IMG/VR virus record: IMGVR_UViG_3300017774_002064
Span: 1 to 35,018 of that record
DNA length: 35,018 nt
From: a virus
Taxonomy: Duplodnaviria > Caudoviricetes
Direction: 5' to 3' (one strand)
In this document: in pieces, positions 9,001-17,812 of the stretch
How the letters are laid out: every line of letters starts with the position of its first letter
Numbering within the stretch: the stretch's first letter is position 1
The notes under the pieces: generated by a model
The model's database searches: none
What the model was told of the DNA's origin: nothing
What the model saw: the letters and a program-made list of their open reading frames with translations, nothing else
Made by a program: the position numbers and the translations under genes

Positions 9001-12000
9001 GAATATAGAAACTCGGAGCGCAATCAAACTCTAGAGGTATTGTCGGAGCAATGGTCGGTTCCATGTTTCCGCCCTGATAGAACAGTGCTTCACTTGGCTT
9101 GCATGGTCCCACTTGCAGATAGTTTCCGCAGCAGATTCCTCTGTCAAGCGCAGGCTTCCACATGATTGCTCGGTAGTGTCCCTCGCACAGTTCACGCAGA
9201 ATGTATGTGTACGCCATCGCGGGATAGCCCTGTGCCAGATTCAGGTAACTGATAACGCCAGAGTCTGCACCATTGATCCTAGTGGGGCGACCGTATAGGT
9301 CGAATTCTGCTGCGCTTGGGTTCCATTGTCCGCCAACATAGGTGTTTCCGCCAAGATATTCCGTGCTAGAAAGCGGGTAATTCTTCTTGATGCCGCCGTA
9401 TCCAGTATCGTAACCTGTCCACGCGTTGTACAGCCATCCCGTAAGTCCAGCAATGCTACCAAGCGTGACCGCAGCAACGGTCATCTGAGCATATGCATCA
9501 TCTGGCACGAATCCATTGATGCCTGGCTCAAACACTCCACGATAATACTTGCCGTGATACTTGCACAACTCGTTGTAGAGTTCCACGAAAAGCGAGTTCA
9601 CGGTGGGTGAAGAGTCCGTGGTGACACCAGTGGGAGAGAACTTGTATGTGGTAATGCGGGAGTCACCCTGAAGTTGCGCCCATAACTGTTCAGGATCCTT
9701 TGGATTCACGCTTGCGGTGTTTCCTGCCGAAACGCCGAGATCATCATACAAGAAGTCTGCGGTTATTCCGTTGAACTTGTTGCTGTTTGCGTATGTTCTG
9801 TAGATGTAGTCGCTGCTGCTGCGATTCCATGTGATACCGTCATTCTGACCGAGATAGTACAGTCCCGCATATGAAATGGTTTCGGCATCATCATTCAGAT
9901 AGTCGAATCGCGTGTTCGGTACGGTCTGTTGTCCGACCAGTCGATCTTCAACAAATCCTGAATGCACGCCAGCCAGATACTTCTCAAGAATGCTTGCACC
10001 AAATTGCGCTTGGGAATCGGCAAACAGAGTACTCATCATGGTTCTTCCCGCAGCGAATGTCGCTCCGAGAACGAGTACGCTCTGTTCCACATTGCAAGCA
10101 GAGTTTCCTGCTCCAACAACTCCAGTAAACGAGGTGGCAGATACGATTATATCTCTGCTCTGTCCCGCCGCAGCCGTCCAGACACCAAGACCAAGACTGT
10201 TGTATGCAGGCGGACTAACCAATACAGATCCACCAGCAAACCACAACCTGTCGTTGTGGAAAAGGGTGAGTCCGTTTGCTCCTGCCCAAAGGCTTATGGT
10301 GGTTGCTCCAGAGGCGTATCCCGCTGCTATGGTCAGACCATTGTATGAAGTGATTCCCCATATTTCTGGAGAATTGGATCGGTCGTAGACATACCACTGC
10401 TTTTTTGTGCCAGATGGCAGACGATATCCAACACTCGTAATTCCGTTTAGTCCGCCCGACCATGTGAATCCATCACGATTCTTGAAGTACTGCTCCTGTC
10501 GGTGGTACAGACTGCTTCGGTAGTTCGGGAAGATGCCTAGTGATCGAATGGAAACAGGATAGAAATGCCGTCTTCCTTGCGGAACGGTCTTCAAACGATC
10601 TATGGTTCTCCATATGATCTGCTTTGTCGGTGTATCCATTCCGAATGCAGGATCGTTTGACCCTTCTATTCCGCCAGAACCTCCTGACTGATAGTTCTGT
10701 ATGAGGGGAACACAGCCGTATAGTCCAGACTGAAGCGCATTCAATCCGTTCTGACCCGCTGGTGCCTCCGTGTATGTGTCGGAAAAGTCTGGATCGGTGG
10801 GATCCCGAGGAACAATGGTATATGTGACTCCACCGCTAGTGCTTGTGTAGTACGGAGCGTAGTTTCTTGATTCAACATCCCACACAGCGGCAGACACAAC
10901 TCGCGGAAGTCCGCCCCCCGTAGTGACACCGTAGTCAGGATCAATCCACGAACTGCACCACACGGCATAATCAAGAGGACCAGCAGGATCGGACAGAAGA
11001 TTCAGATAGGGATTCGTTGTCCACGCCTGTTCGGTGCTGGTGGAAGAAGCGATGCGCTCGTCTGTGCCGCCGAAAACCATGAAGTGGATCTTTTCCGAGT
11101 ATCCCGACCCGTAGAAATCGGATGTGACACCCTGCTCAATCACGCCGTTCACCACAGACAGTCGCGCAACCTCTACGCGGAATCCGTTGCGGGTCTTCTC
11201 TCCACGAATGTACGGAACGGCAAACTCTGTGTCTGATACCGTTGACGGTCCTGATGTCTGTTCGCGTGAAAGAATCACGCAGTAGTCCGCGTTGTCCAAG
11301 GGCTTGGTGAACTGCACATCTATCGTGCATAGTCCTCCTGCGGAGATTCCTGCCTTGTAGCCGTCTTCCGAGCCATATGAGTTGTAGCCGTCCTCCATGT
11401 ACGCCAGTACAGTGCTGGCGTTCTTACGCGCAGGAATTACGATGGTGCCATAGGCAGCGGCAACTCGCTTCTGTGAGTCAAACAACCCGATGTTTTGCAG
11501 AGAAGATGTGTTGGTGTCACCGATGCGCCCGAAGCCGCCTTCTCCTGCCACGGAGAAAGTTCCTCCCGTCACGCCGCCGTTGGTGCTGCTCCTGTTGGAA
11601 TCCGTTGCCAACGAGAACACCGCTATGTTCGCCTTGTAGTCCGTCTTTGCCTCATCGGTGACTCTTGGGAATAGACTCAGATCAGTACGCAGTTCGTGGC
11701 TTGTCAGCGTGAGCGTGGTCTTTGCCTCGTTGAAGTACGCGGTGTCTTGCGCTGTTGCGTTTGGGGTCACCACACCGCCAACGAAATCACTGTACACATT
11801 CCACAGGTTGAGCGATGTTGCCGTGTCTGAAATCTGAGGAGTCACTATGGTGACATACCCACCCGACAGAAAACGAGCGGTGTCCGACAGAGAGAACTTG
11901 TAACCGATCTTGCCTGACGCAACCGTTGCACGGAGAGGATTGCTTATTCCGTTGCTCTGATTCGTCAGTATCTGCGGAGTCACGACTCCAAGAGCGTTTG

Positions 12001-12079
12001 CAAAGGACACCACAGCCCATGCATCACAAGTGGGCGAGTTCTGCGGAAGAGACGATATTTGTGATGCTGATCTGCTCAT
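6071..12079 (-). CDS. 2002-aa multidomain virion protein (fibre/spike-like; possible glycoside-hydrolase-like domains)
   Basis: Two N-terminal copies of a fibre-type module ('DAWAVVSF...YKFSL...GYVTIV' and 'AAAYGTI...VQFTKPLDNADYCVIL...KTRNGFRV'), many G-x-T motifs, and aromatic-rich C-terminal regions. ATGA overlap with the upstream gene. Confidence 0.65.
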   Translation of the reverse strand: MSRSASQISSLPQNSPTCDAWAVVSFANALGVVTPQILTNQSNGISNPLRATVASGKIGYKFSLSDTARFLSGGYVTIVTPQISDTATSLNLWNVYSDFVGGVVTPNATAQDTAYFNEAKTTLTLTSHELRTDLSLFPRVTDEAKTDYKANIAVFSLATDSNRSSTNGGVTGGTFSVAGEGGFGRIGDTNTSSLQNIGLFDSQKRVAAAYGTIVIPARKNASTVLAYMEDGYNSYGSEDGYKAGISAGGLCTIDVQFTKPLDNADYCVILSREQTSGPSTVSDTEFAVPYIRGEKTRNGFRVEVARLSVVNGVIEQGVTSDFYGSGYSEKIHFMVFGGTDERIASSTSTEQAWTTNPYLNLLSDPAGPLDYAVWCSSWIDPDYGVTTGGGLPRVVSAAVWDVESRNYAPYYTSTSGGVTYTIVPRDPTDPDFSDTYTEAPAGQNGLNALQSGLYGCVPLIQNYQSGGSGGIEGSNDPAFGMDTPTKQIIWRTIDRLKTVPQGRRHFYPVSIRSLGIFPNYRSSLYHRQEQYFKNRDGFTWSGGLNGITSVGYRLPSGTKKQWYVYDRSNSPEIWGITSYNGLTIAAGYASGATTISLWAGANGLTLFHNDRLWFAGGSVLVSPPAYNSLGLGVWTAAAGQSRDIIVSATSFTGVVGAGNSACNVEQSVLVLGATFAAGRTMMSTLFADSQAQFGASILEKYLAGVHSGFVEDRLVGQQTVPNTRFDYLNDDAETISYAGLYYLGQNDGITWNRSSSDYIYRTYANSNKFNGITADFLYDDLGVSAGNTASVNPKDPEQLWAQLQGDSRITTYKFSPTGVTTDSSPTVNSLFVELYNELCKYHGKYYRGVFEPGINGFVPDDAYAQMTVAAVTLGSIAGLTGWLYNAWTGYDTGYGGIKKNYPLSSTEYLGGNTYVGGQWNPSAAEFDLYGRPTRINGADSGVISYLNLAQGYPAMAYTYILRELCEGHYRAIMWKPALDRGICCGNYLQVGPCKPSEALFYQGGNMEPTIAPTIPLEFDCAPSFYIQSGATTSSSNLAAAACYFPNPVNNFGKKYLFNGIPNTRGSRRRMGENVFSHDDHTSGYGHLPRNGAIRFYHRSGQRFASAADYLGGIRNSSWFGITAGDPAFVKGITVYGSFSAGATAVRVSSGNTFIPGDIVRFGNYSTTVFNYVTGGNLGVGGGVTLQFNTAIGFTGTTGDTLLYETAYSNSAFVGFLQRMRHLRAMQRTDPDLWKHFTPWNSGPTDLYGTSRPDSRWWWELMYHLYLAGAKYFMFWSGGAEVVVGDRVDHGLVYVQKVLNNCRKISGNSKIGEPAVMDYDPLNADVIVSGGRIQSGSNGGRYLWRLTARPGPLHEAVTLTQNTRADLPATLTIPGGTAADYPHGTRGVWLITKSSVKPEYTIAPASPDALDSIALAKDQYYPIIFFYNEGGYANDIAGVTWANWTETSVACFQGDPLSASELRAYPWNANPTDLNNTPWHNLVYEQVIDAYKWGARSFHLYLPYGGYARDVYASTYGASAGGNFLLYQQFKDGYTLPSPAGLTHQQPARWKGFPQAINALLTGTMVPPNTQRTPITEPCNVYLYLPGLMGWSNYRRHSCAIWRSLPGTTAQKDAAFYAKLDSMVDVIKSMKPSSPTGNGKLSVNLDVARSTATPESVYLYRTVGDSTAPSASFSGAYLTDALELSDWYVKRKLEAAGIPVFIESRPFNRMNQVLISPTATGISGAVGVTASTGWQGEFVTSDEPWFWGSTNPQNYSESIKRSEIRHLHRMNPQGFRLSDIVVRGASSDPFGIYHTIARGNSFLNFWRGDASLGAGGFTTDGDRTQYTPIAAVAHLYALSDHYRQYTNLKNGNTAMKGVCFANFNSIGFALSEFKKDGERLVEAQGTNETKYARYSDIHPTAWPVWKNSDVFNGASFDANPRTYATDHQTKFWTANGKQFWQNNVMTSNFNDFITMLSTFSATAAPAFATAQGWAGATYPFDYYSRNTIGAALGLSLGGTNEVN

Positions 12080-12588
12080 AGGACTACTACCGATAGGGCA
12101 ATGGTTTTTCGGGAAGAGTTTGAAGTACTTGACTGCCTGCCTTCAACGCTGTCGGGGCGGATTATTTTCTGTGCGTTTACCCATGTGGTGATGCTAGACA
12201 CACCCATACGAATCCAAAATCCCTGTTTTGTCTTTTGGACGGCACTGGTGTTCAGGACAGAACACAGACGATACTGTTCAAGACTGGTGCTGTTGCTGTT
12301 TACTGAATCCTCGGTCATCGGATTCATCCGAGGCTGTATGAATACCCGATATGCAGAGTCCTGCATGGGTGTCACAAACTTGAAGAATATTCTGTCTGTT
12401 GCGCTTGCGGTTTCCGCTCCGATACGCAGGTTGTACCCATCCACGAAATTCAGTGCATCAAACTGTTCCTGAAGTGACACATTCGATGCGGTGCTTGCTG
12501 ATGTGGCTCGTATAGCCAAAGAAGTAACGCACCACGCACGGACACGACCGCCAGTAGGGAACAGTGGAGTTACGACTGCATTGGACAT
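12076..12588 (-). CDS. single-module fibre-associated protein, paralogous to the N-terminal modules of the 2002-aa protein
   Basis: 'VRAWCV...FVDGYNL...FKFVTPMQDSAYRVFIQP...KTKQGFWIR' parallels 'MEDGYNS...VQFTKPLDNADYCVIL...KTRNGFRV'. Confidence 0.65.
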   Translation of the reverse strand: MSNAVVTPLFPTGGRVRAWCVTSLAIRATSASTASNVSLQEQFDALNFVDGYNLRIGAETASATDRIFFKFVTPMQDSAYRVFIQPRMNPMTEDSVNSNSTSLEQYRLCSVLNTSAVQKTKQGFWIRMGVSSITTWVNAQKIIRPDSVEGRQSSTSNSSRKTIALSVVVL

Positions 12589-12971
12589 TAGAGCCTCTTG
12601 AGTTCTTCTGCTAGTTTCATGTCTAGCGGAATCTCCCCCACAGACACCCCATCAAAAATCATCCGCTCATCTATGTAGTTCAGGTACAGCAGCACCGTCT
12701 TCAGCGGAGAGTGGATGTCGCGCTCTAATTTGTGAAACAGCATACGGGCTGTGGCGTGTTGACCAAACACATTTCCCATGATTACCAAATGATTCAACAG
12801 CAGGATGGGACGGATCCTGCCGTTGCGCGAGTACTTCTTCAGCAATCGCTTCACATATTTGATTTTTGAAAGGTCTTCGTTGAACTCAGCCATGCCCAAG
12901 CAATCGGGATTCGTGTAGTTTCCCATTGCATAGAGCATGAAGTTGTCCCGAGTCAGCACTTTGAAGTCCAT
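12588..12971 (-). CDS. conserved T4-like phage hypothetical protein
   Basis: 'LTRDNFMLYAMGNYTNPDC...EFNEDL..IKYVKRL...LLLNHLVI..NVFG' matches, from memory, a family widespread in cyanophage-like myoviruses. Confidence 0.75.
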   Translation of the reverse strand: MDFKVLTRDNFMLYAMGNYTNPDCLGMAEFNEDLSKIKYVKRLLKKYSRNGRIRPILLLNHLVIMGNVFGQHATARMLFHKLERDIHSPLKTVLLYLNYIDERMIFDGVSVGEIPLDMKLAEELKRL

Positions 12972-12989
12972 GATGTAGGGGCGTTGGGA

Positions 12990-14573
12990 TCACCAACGCA
13001 TATCGTGCTTTTGCAGGGTTGACTTGATGGACTTCTGCCTGCCGATCACATTAGCCGCACCTTGGTGGGGGCTTGGCTTCTTGCCCTTCTTGCCCTTTGC
13101 AACGGCTTCCTCAACGGACTTGATCGCGCCCTTGTGGAACCGCTTACCCTTACCGCTCTTGTCTGCTCTTGTAGCAGTGGGATCGGGTGCGGTGAGCGGA
13201 ATGCCACCCATAGTCTCGGTGTATTCCTTCATGGGCTTTTTCTTCGCACGGAGCATGGCAAAGTCCTGTGCGTCAAGACGCTTGTTCTTGTTGACATCCA
13301 ACCGCTTCTGACCGCCAACGAGTTCTTCTCCAAATGTAAATGTAGCCAGTCTTGGCAGTAGTTTGGGGAGTTTGGATTTATCTTTGTTCCCGCCCATAGC
13401 CGTCTTGATGCCCTTCACGGCATTGGCTTGCTGCTTGCCCGTGAGTTGCTTGCCACGGGTGTGTCCGCTCAACATGGACGACAGTTGCGAACCACGCTTG
13501 GCAACATATGCGTCCTTCGTCTTCTTGCTCAACTCATCAATCTGCTCAACCTCTTCTCTCATGCCGTGTTCAGCCTTGCGCCACTTGTTCAGTTCACGCT
13601 TGTTTACCTGATACGGACTGCCTTCTTTGTCCGACTTGCGTCCGTACTTGTGTACAAGTTCAAGGTAGTTGATGCGCGAACCACGGGCGTATCCTCTGTC
13701 GCGTTCTTTGGCAGTCTTACCCTTGTTCAGAGCCTTTGAAGCCTTTTCCTTCTCACGATCAATTATAGCCTGACGAGCAGGAGTGAGTTCTTCATCAAGT
13801 TCGGCGGCTTCCTTCACGGGCTTGCGCTTGCCCTTCACGATCTTGCCGCCGCGACCGTACAGTTTTTCAGACTCGTATTCCTTGGTATCACGCGCAATCA
13901 GACGGCGCACAGCAGTATCATGCTTGTCTTCCAGTTTGCGTCCACGGGCAGCAGCCTTGCCCGTCTTGTTCATCTTGGCTTCATAGCCGCGTTGAGCCTT
14001 GACATCGTGCCGCTGAATCGCGTGTTCCATGTCCCGCTGACGAGCAGGAGTCTGTGCCATCTCATCAAGGCTGTCACCGTCATGCTCCACGCCCTCTGGC
14101 ACTACCGCAATCTGCGGCTGTAGTTTGGCGTTCACGCGGTAGAATCCGTCTTCCGCAGGCTCTACGGTGACCACAAGCGCAAACTCCTTCATGCCAGCAG
14201 TAGGGCTAGCCTTGCCGTCAAAGCGGATGTTTCCGCTCATGCCATCAACGCCGTCCACGCGACCGAACAGGGTGGCGTTCAGCGTGAAGGTGCCAGTGGG
14301 GTTGCTCTGCCACATCCACGGAGTCCACGGAAAGTCAATCATAAAGAGATTGAGGCGTGTGCGGATCTTGATCATTGCTTCAGCGGTGTGCTGATAGGTG
14401 TAGCGACCAAGAGCAGCGAGAACACCGTTGATCTTCTGAATGGTGTCCGCATCCTGCTTTACTGCACCAACATCGGTGTCAATGCCGCGATTGGGATAGC
14501 CCGTGAGGGTTTCCTTGTACTCGCTCTCGTTCAGTTCGCTACGGAATGCCTTGAATCTCTTGTGTTCGCTCAT
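12990..14573 (-). CDS. modular putative internal head protein (527 aa)
   Basis: Leader 'KRFKAFRSELNE', then basic segments separated by LDE, VKE, LDE, MRE, IDE, MKE and VEE. Contains 'IDELSKKTKDAYV' and the EF-hand-like 'GGQKRLDVNKNKRLDAQDFAMLR'. Confidence 0.65.
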   Translation of the reverse strand: MSEHKRFKAFRSELNESEYKETLTGYPNRGIDTDVGAVKQDADTIQKINGVLAALGRYTYQHTAEAMIKIRTRLNLFMIDFPWTPWMWQSNPTGTFTLNATLFGRVDGVDGMSGNIRFDGKASPTAGMKEFALVVTVEPAEDGFYRVNAKLQPQIAVVPEGVEHDGDSLDEMAQTPARQRDMEHAIQRHDVKAQRGYEAKMNKTGKAAARGRKLEDKHDTAVRRLIARDTKEYESEKLYGRGGKIVKGKRKPVKEAAELDEELTPARQAIIDREKEKASKALNKGKTAKERDRGYARGSRINYLELVHKYGRKSDKEGSPYQVNKRELNKWRKAEHGMREEVEQIDELSKKTKDAYVAKRGSQLSSMLSGHTRGKQLTGKQQANAVKGIKTAMGGNKDKSKLPKLLPRLATFTFGEELVGGQKRLDVNKNKRLDAQDFAMLRAKKKPMKEYTETMGGIPLTAPDPTATRADKSGKGKRFHKGAIKSVEEAVAKGKKGKKPSPHQGAANVIGRQKSIKSTLQKHDMRW

Positions 14574-15445
14574 GTGGTTTCCTTTTTATCTTTCTTCTGT
14601 CCCTGCTCGCTCTCTAGTTTGTAGCGCAGTTCTCTTGCCTTCTTGCGTATTTCTGCATTCTTTTGAATGGTATTCCGATTCATTTGTGTGGAGCCTTCAG
14701 CAATCTCTTTAGAGAAAACAGAAAAAGTCTTGCCTTCGCTGACACTCTTCCATCCGCCGCCCTGCTCGTTGTACCACTTCACTGCCCAACCGTTCGCGTA
14801 AGCAGACGGATACACATCAAACTTGGCGCGAGCCTTGGCTTTGGCGCGTGACCACAGTTCAGGCTTCGTGGGCTTGTTCTTCTCCATGAGGGCTTGTGCG
14901 TCTTCGCAGAACCAGAACAAGTCCATGCCTTCCTGCGTGGGAACATCAAACGATTCCTCCACGGTTTCCTTGCCGAGCGTAGCCTTGAACGCATTGAACA
15001 GCACAGGCGAACCCGTGATCTTCTTCACCATTGAGTCCATCATGGTGATCATCATGTCGCGGTAGATTTTGGAAGAACTCATGCTCTTCGCCTTGGCAGG
15101 AGACTCCAATGCGCGGCGAGCAGCGAGTACATCCTTCTTCTTCACCAGTCCGCTTCGCAGAAGGGTCTTCTCGCGCTCCTTCTCCACGCCCTCAATGACG
15201 GTGGTGGGTTCTTTTGCAAGAGACGAACGAATGGCGGTGTACAGGGTCTTGTTGTTCAGCACACGATCCACCACATCCATGAGTATTTCCTGCATGAGCA
15301 GACGGTACGCAGGATTCTTCATTGCCCGCTCGGGATCGGCAAACAGGGTCATGGCGCGGCGAACATTGTTCTTGGACACCAAGCCCATGCGGAGCAGGGT
15401 GTTCAGTTTAGATGCGATGGCAGGGGTTTTGCCCATTGGTTCCAT
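14570..15445 (-). CDS. modular putative head protein with tandem helical repeat and 'KFDVYPSAYANGW' module
   Basis: Two 'TLLRxGLV' repeats, then LME followed by 'KNKPTKPELWSRAKAKARAKFDVYPSAYANGWAVKWY..QGGGWK', a module I recognise from T4-like phages. AGGAG RBS. Confidence 0.7.
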   Translation of the reverse strand: MEPMGKTPAIASKLNTLLRMGLVSKNNVRRAMTLFADPERAMKNPAYRLLMQEILMDVVDRVLNNKTLYTAIRSSLAKEPTTVIEGVEKEREKTLLRSGLVKKKDVLAARRALESPAKAKSMSSSKIYRDMMITMMDSMVKKITGSPVLFNAFKATLGKETVEESFDVPTQEGMDLFWFCEDAQALMEKNKPTKPELWSRAKAKARAKFDVYPSAYANGWAVKWYNEQGGGWKSVSEGKTFSVFSKEIAEGSTQMNRNTIQKNAEIRKKARELRYKLESEQGQKKDKKETT

Positions 15446-15465
15446 AAGAGTCTCCTGTTGTCCCT

Positions 15466-16536
15466 TTATTTAGATTTCTTCAGATGGCTCGTCATGCGGG
15501 GAGCATTGCCTTTTCCGCTGCGATCCGTTTCAGGTTCCACCCGTCTTTTTTGAATCACGGCGCGTTTCCGCTCCTTCGGAGTCATCTCACCCACCGTTTC
15601 GGGGGTTTCGCTGCTTACTTTGTGCAGGGGGCGGCACTTCGGGTACTTGCCCTTGGAGGTGTCCGAGCGACCACACGGGGGATACTGACCCGTCTTGGGG
15701 TCTTTCCGCCCACCAATGTTCACCCATTTTTCCTTGAACCACCGCGACAAGTCCTCGTCTATTTTACAAGGCGGGGTAGGGAATATTTTGTTGTGCTTGG
15801 AGAACCCACCCGTCTGACCAGGCGTATCAGATCGCCGCTTGTACTTATCGCTCTCCATGAGGCGAACAGCCGCAGCCGCGTACAGGTCTTGGAAGTCAAT
15901 CCCTTCCTTCATCGTCTTCTTGCGCTTTGCGGGAGCAGTCGCCATTCCACGCTGCAAATCCTTGAACAAGGCAACCACATCCCGTTGGTTTGCGCGGCGA
16001 GGCATTCCGCTCTTGAATGTCGCCAAGTCGTTTGCTGCCACGGCTGCGCGGAGTTTGGATGCGCTCATGCCCTGTACGCCCTTTGCGTCCTCGTTGCGCT
16101 TGCCTGCGCTCACAATGTTCAGGGACTTCAGTTTCAGCGGCTCCGTAGCCGTGGGCTTCATCATGTCCTTGAACGCCTCGTATGCGCCTTCCCGATCCTG
16201 ACCGCCAACCAACAGCACATGATCGTATCCCTTGTCCGCAAGCCAGAACAGCATATCCACGGGATTCTTGATCTTTGCATTGTCAATGAAGTTGCCTTCA
16301 GGAAAAAACTTCTTCAGATATCCGAACTTCTGCTTCGGGGTTAGAGGATTCTTCTTTGGGTCGTTGGTGCGACTGCTGAACATGGCGTGTTCTGCGCCGT
16401 GCTTCTTCGCAGTCTCCACCACTTTGTCAACGAGCAGTTGGTGTCCGCTGGTCGGTGGCTGAAAGCGTCCGAAAGCAACCACGATGGTTTTGCATGGACG
16501 CGAAGTTTTAGATTTCTCACCAACTTTTTTTGCCAC
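15466..16536 (-). CDS. cytidyltransferase-like (HIGH/NMNAT superfamily) protein fused to a C-terminal basic module
   Basis: 'AFGRFQPPTSGH', 'KNPLT', 'LVGGQDR', 'SAGKR..D...GMSASKLR', then MKE/LME/IDE and 'DLSRWFKEKWVNI...PCGRS...YPKCRP'. GTG 16536 fits the GGAGG RBS better than 16545 does. Confidence 0.85.
   Translation of the reverse strand: MAKKVGEKSKTSRPCKTIVVAFGRFQPPTSGHQLLVDKVVETAKKHGAEHAMFSSRTNDPKKNPLTPKQKFGYLKKFFPEGNFIDNAKIKNPVDMLFWLADKGYDHVLLVGGQDREGAYEAFKDMMKPTATEPLKLKSLNIVSAGKRNEDAKGVQGMSASKLRAAVAANDLATFKSGMPRRANQRDVVALFKDLQRGMATAPAKRKKTMKEGIDFQDLYAAAAVRLMESDKYKRRSDTPGQTGGFSKHNKIFPTPPCKIDEDLSRWFKEKWVNIGGRKDPKTGQYPPCGRSDTSKGKYPKCRPLHKVSSETPETVGEMTPKERKRAVIQKRRVEPETDRSGKGNAPRMTSHLKKSK
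15467..15473 (-). promoter_or_regulatory. T4-type late promoter (CTAAATA)
   Basis: TATTTAG on the + strand, overlapping the stop of the upstream gene. Confidence 0.65.
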
Positions 16537-16578
16537 TTGGATCACCTCCCGCTATGTACCAGAAACACCAACTGCTCG

Positions 16579-17787
16579 TTAGTCCTTTTTCCAAGTCTTC
16601 TCCACAGTGAAGTTACTGCGGGAGAAGTCAAGGCGGTCAACCAACTTTACGGCTTTGTTGCTCATGCGGTCAATGGCAACGAAACCTTCTGGTGTGGTGA
16701 CCCGATAGCCCTTTCCGTCCTTCACGAATGTTCCTACTCCACCCTTGAGTGAAGCAAGTTTGTGAACGATGGCGAGTTTCATCTGCGCCAACGCATTATG
16801 TAGGGCGAAAACCCGATTGATCTGGTTGCGGTTGCGCTTGATCCACTCCATGCTCGGAGTGGGTTTCGTGCTTGGCTTCTTCCGTGCGCCCTGCGCCTTC
16901 TGTGCCATCATTGCCAACAACTGATTCACATCGGCGTGACCGCTGCCCATGTTGCCGCGCACAAGACCATTGATGTAGGTCTTGATCGCCTGTTTCACGC
17001 CTTCGTTCCTCGCAATCCCGTTCATCGTGGTCTTCAGGTCAGCGGCGGTGGCGGTGAGCGAGTCAATGCTGCGCTCCATGCCTTCACGATCAGCAACACT
17101 GAACAGTCCGCTGCCGTCTGCCACGCGCAGGGTAGCGTTGTCGTACCACACATCGCGGGTCTTCTTCAGATACGAAATATCGGGATTGAAACGGGCAACC
17201 ATTGTCTGCAAAGAGTTGCCTTCGTATGCGGTGTGGAACACGATGCCGATCTTTGCGGCAGAGATGCGCTTGCCGAGTTCGCTCTTTGGATCCACCGCGT
17301 AGGTAATGGTGTTTGCGCGGAAGGTAAGGTGCCGCTTGCCGTCAATGGTTTCGCTCTGCACGGTGTCCTTGTCAAACAGGAGATCGCCTTGCAGCACTCC
17401 ACGGATCCCGAGTTTGGAGAAATACTTCAGAGCGAGTTTCAGTTTTGCATTGAGTCCGTCTGCGGGGTGATTCGCGTCAATGTCCGCATTCGTGAAGTTC
17501 AGTTTGGGTGTCACATTGAACACGCTCTTCGTGCCAACGAAAAAACGACCGCTGCTCGGGTCTATTCCGCAGATGATGGCGGGTGCGCCGTCCCACTTCA
17601 CCGTGATATCGTATGCGGTCGGCTCGTTTGCGCCAAACACTTCCATGACACCGCGAACAGCAGCAATGGCACGATTGAATCCTGCGTATCCGTCATTCAG
17701 GATTTCGTCTTCAAGATGCTCCAAGTGGACATTCTTGCCACTCTTTGCCTTGAATGCTTCTGTCAGGTGTTCGGTGAATCGTATCAC
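16579..17787 (-). CDS. conserved T4-like phage protein ('HLEHLED/KWDGAPA' family, DUF6267-like) with capsid-targeting-like leader
   Basis: Leader MIRFTEHLTE; motifs 'HLEHLED', 'TVKWDGAPA', 'FFVGTKS', 'QGDLLF', 'PEGFVA', 'KLVDRLDFSRSNF'. The KxDG...EG...K spacing recalls ligase-type nucleotidyltransferases (inference). Confidence 0.75.
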   Translation of the reverse strand: MIRFTEHLTEAFKAKSGKNVHLEHLEDEILNDGYAGFNRAIAAVRGVMEVFGANEPTAYDITVKWDGAPAIICGIDPSSGRFFVGTKSVFNVTPKLNFTNADIDANHPADGLNAKLKLALKYFSKLGIRGVLQGDLLFDKDTVQSETIDGKRHLTFRANTITYAVDPKSELGKRISAAKIGIVFHTAYEGNSLQTMVARFNPDISYLKKTRDVWYDNATLRVADGSGLFSVADREGMERSIDSLTATAADLKTTMNGIARNEGVKQAIKTYINGLVRGNMGSGHADVNQLLAMMAQKAQGARKKPSTKPTPSMEWIKRNRNQINRVFALHNALAQMKLAIVHKLASLKGGVGTFVKDGKGYRVTTPEGFVAIDRMSNKAVKLVDRLDFSRSNFTVEKTWKKD

Positions 17788-17805
17788 AGGTGTCCTCCGC
17801 TTCCA

Positions 17806-17812
17806 TATTTAG
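17806..17812 (-). promoter_or_regulatory. T4-type late promoter (CTAAATA)
   Basis: TATTTAG on the + strand, overlapping the exonuclease stop and upstream of a GGAGG RBS. Confidence 0.65.
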
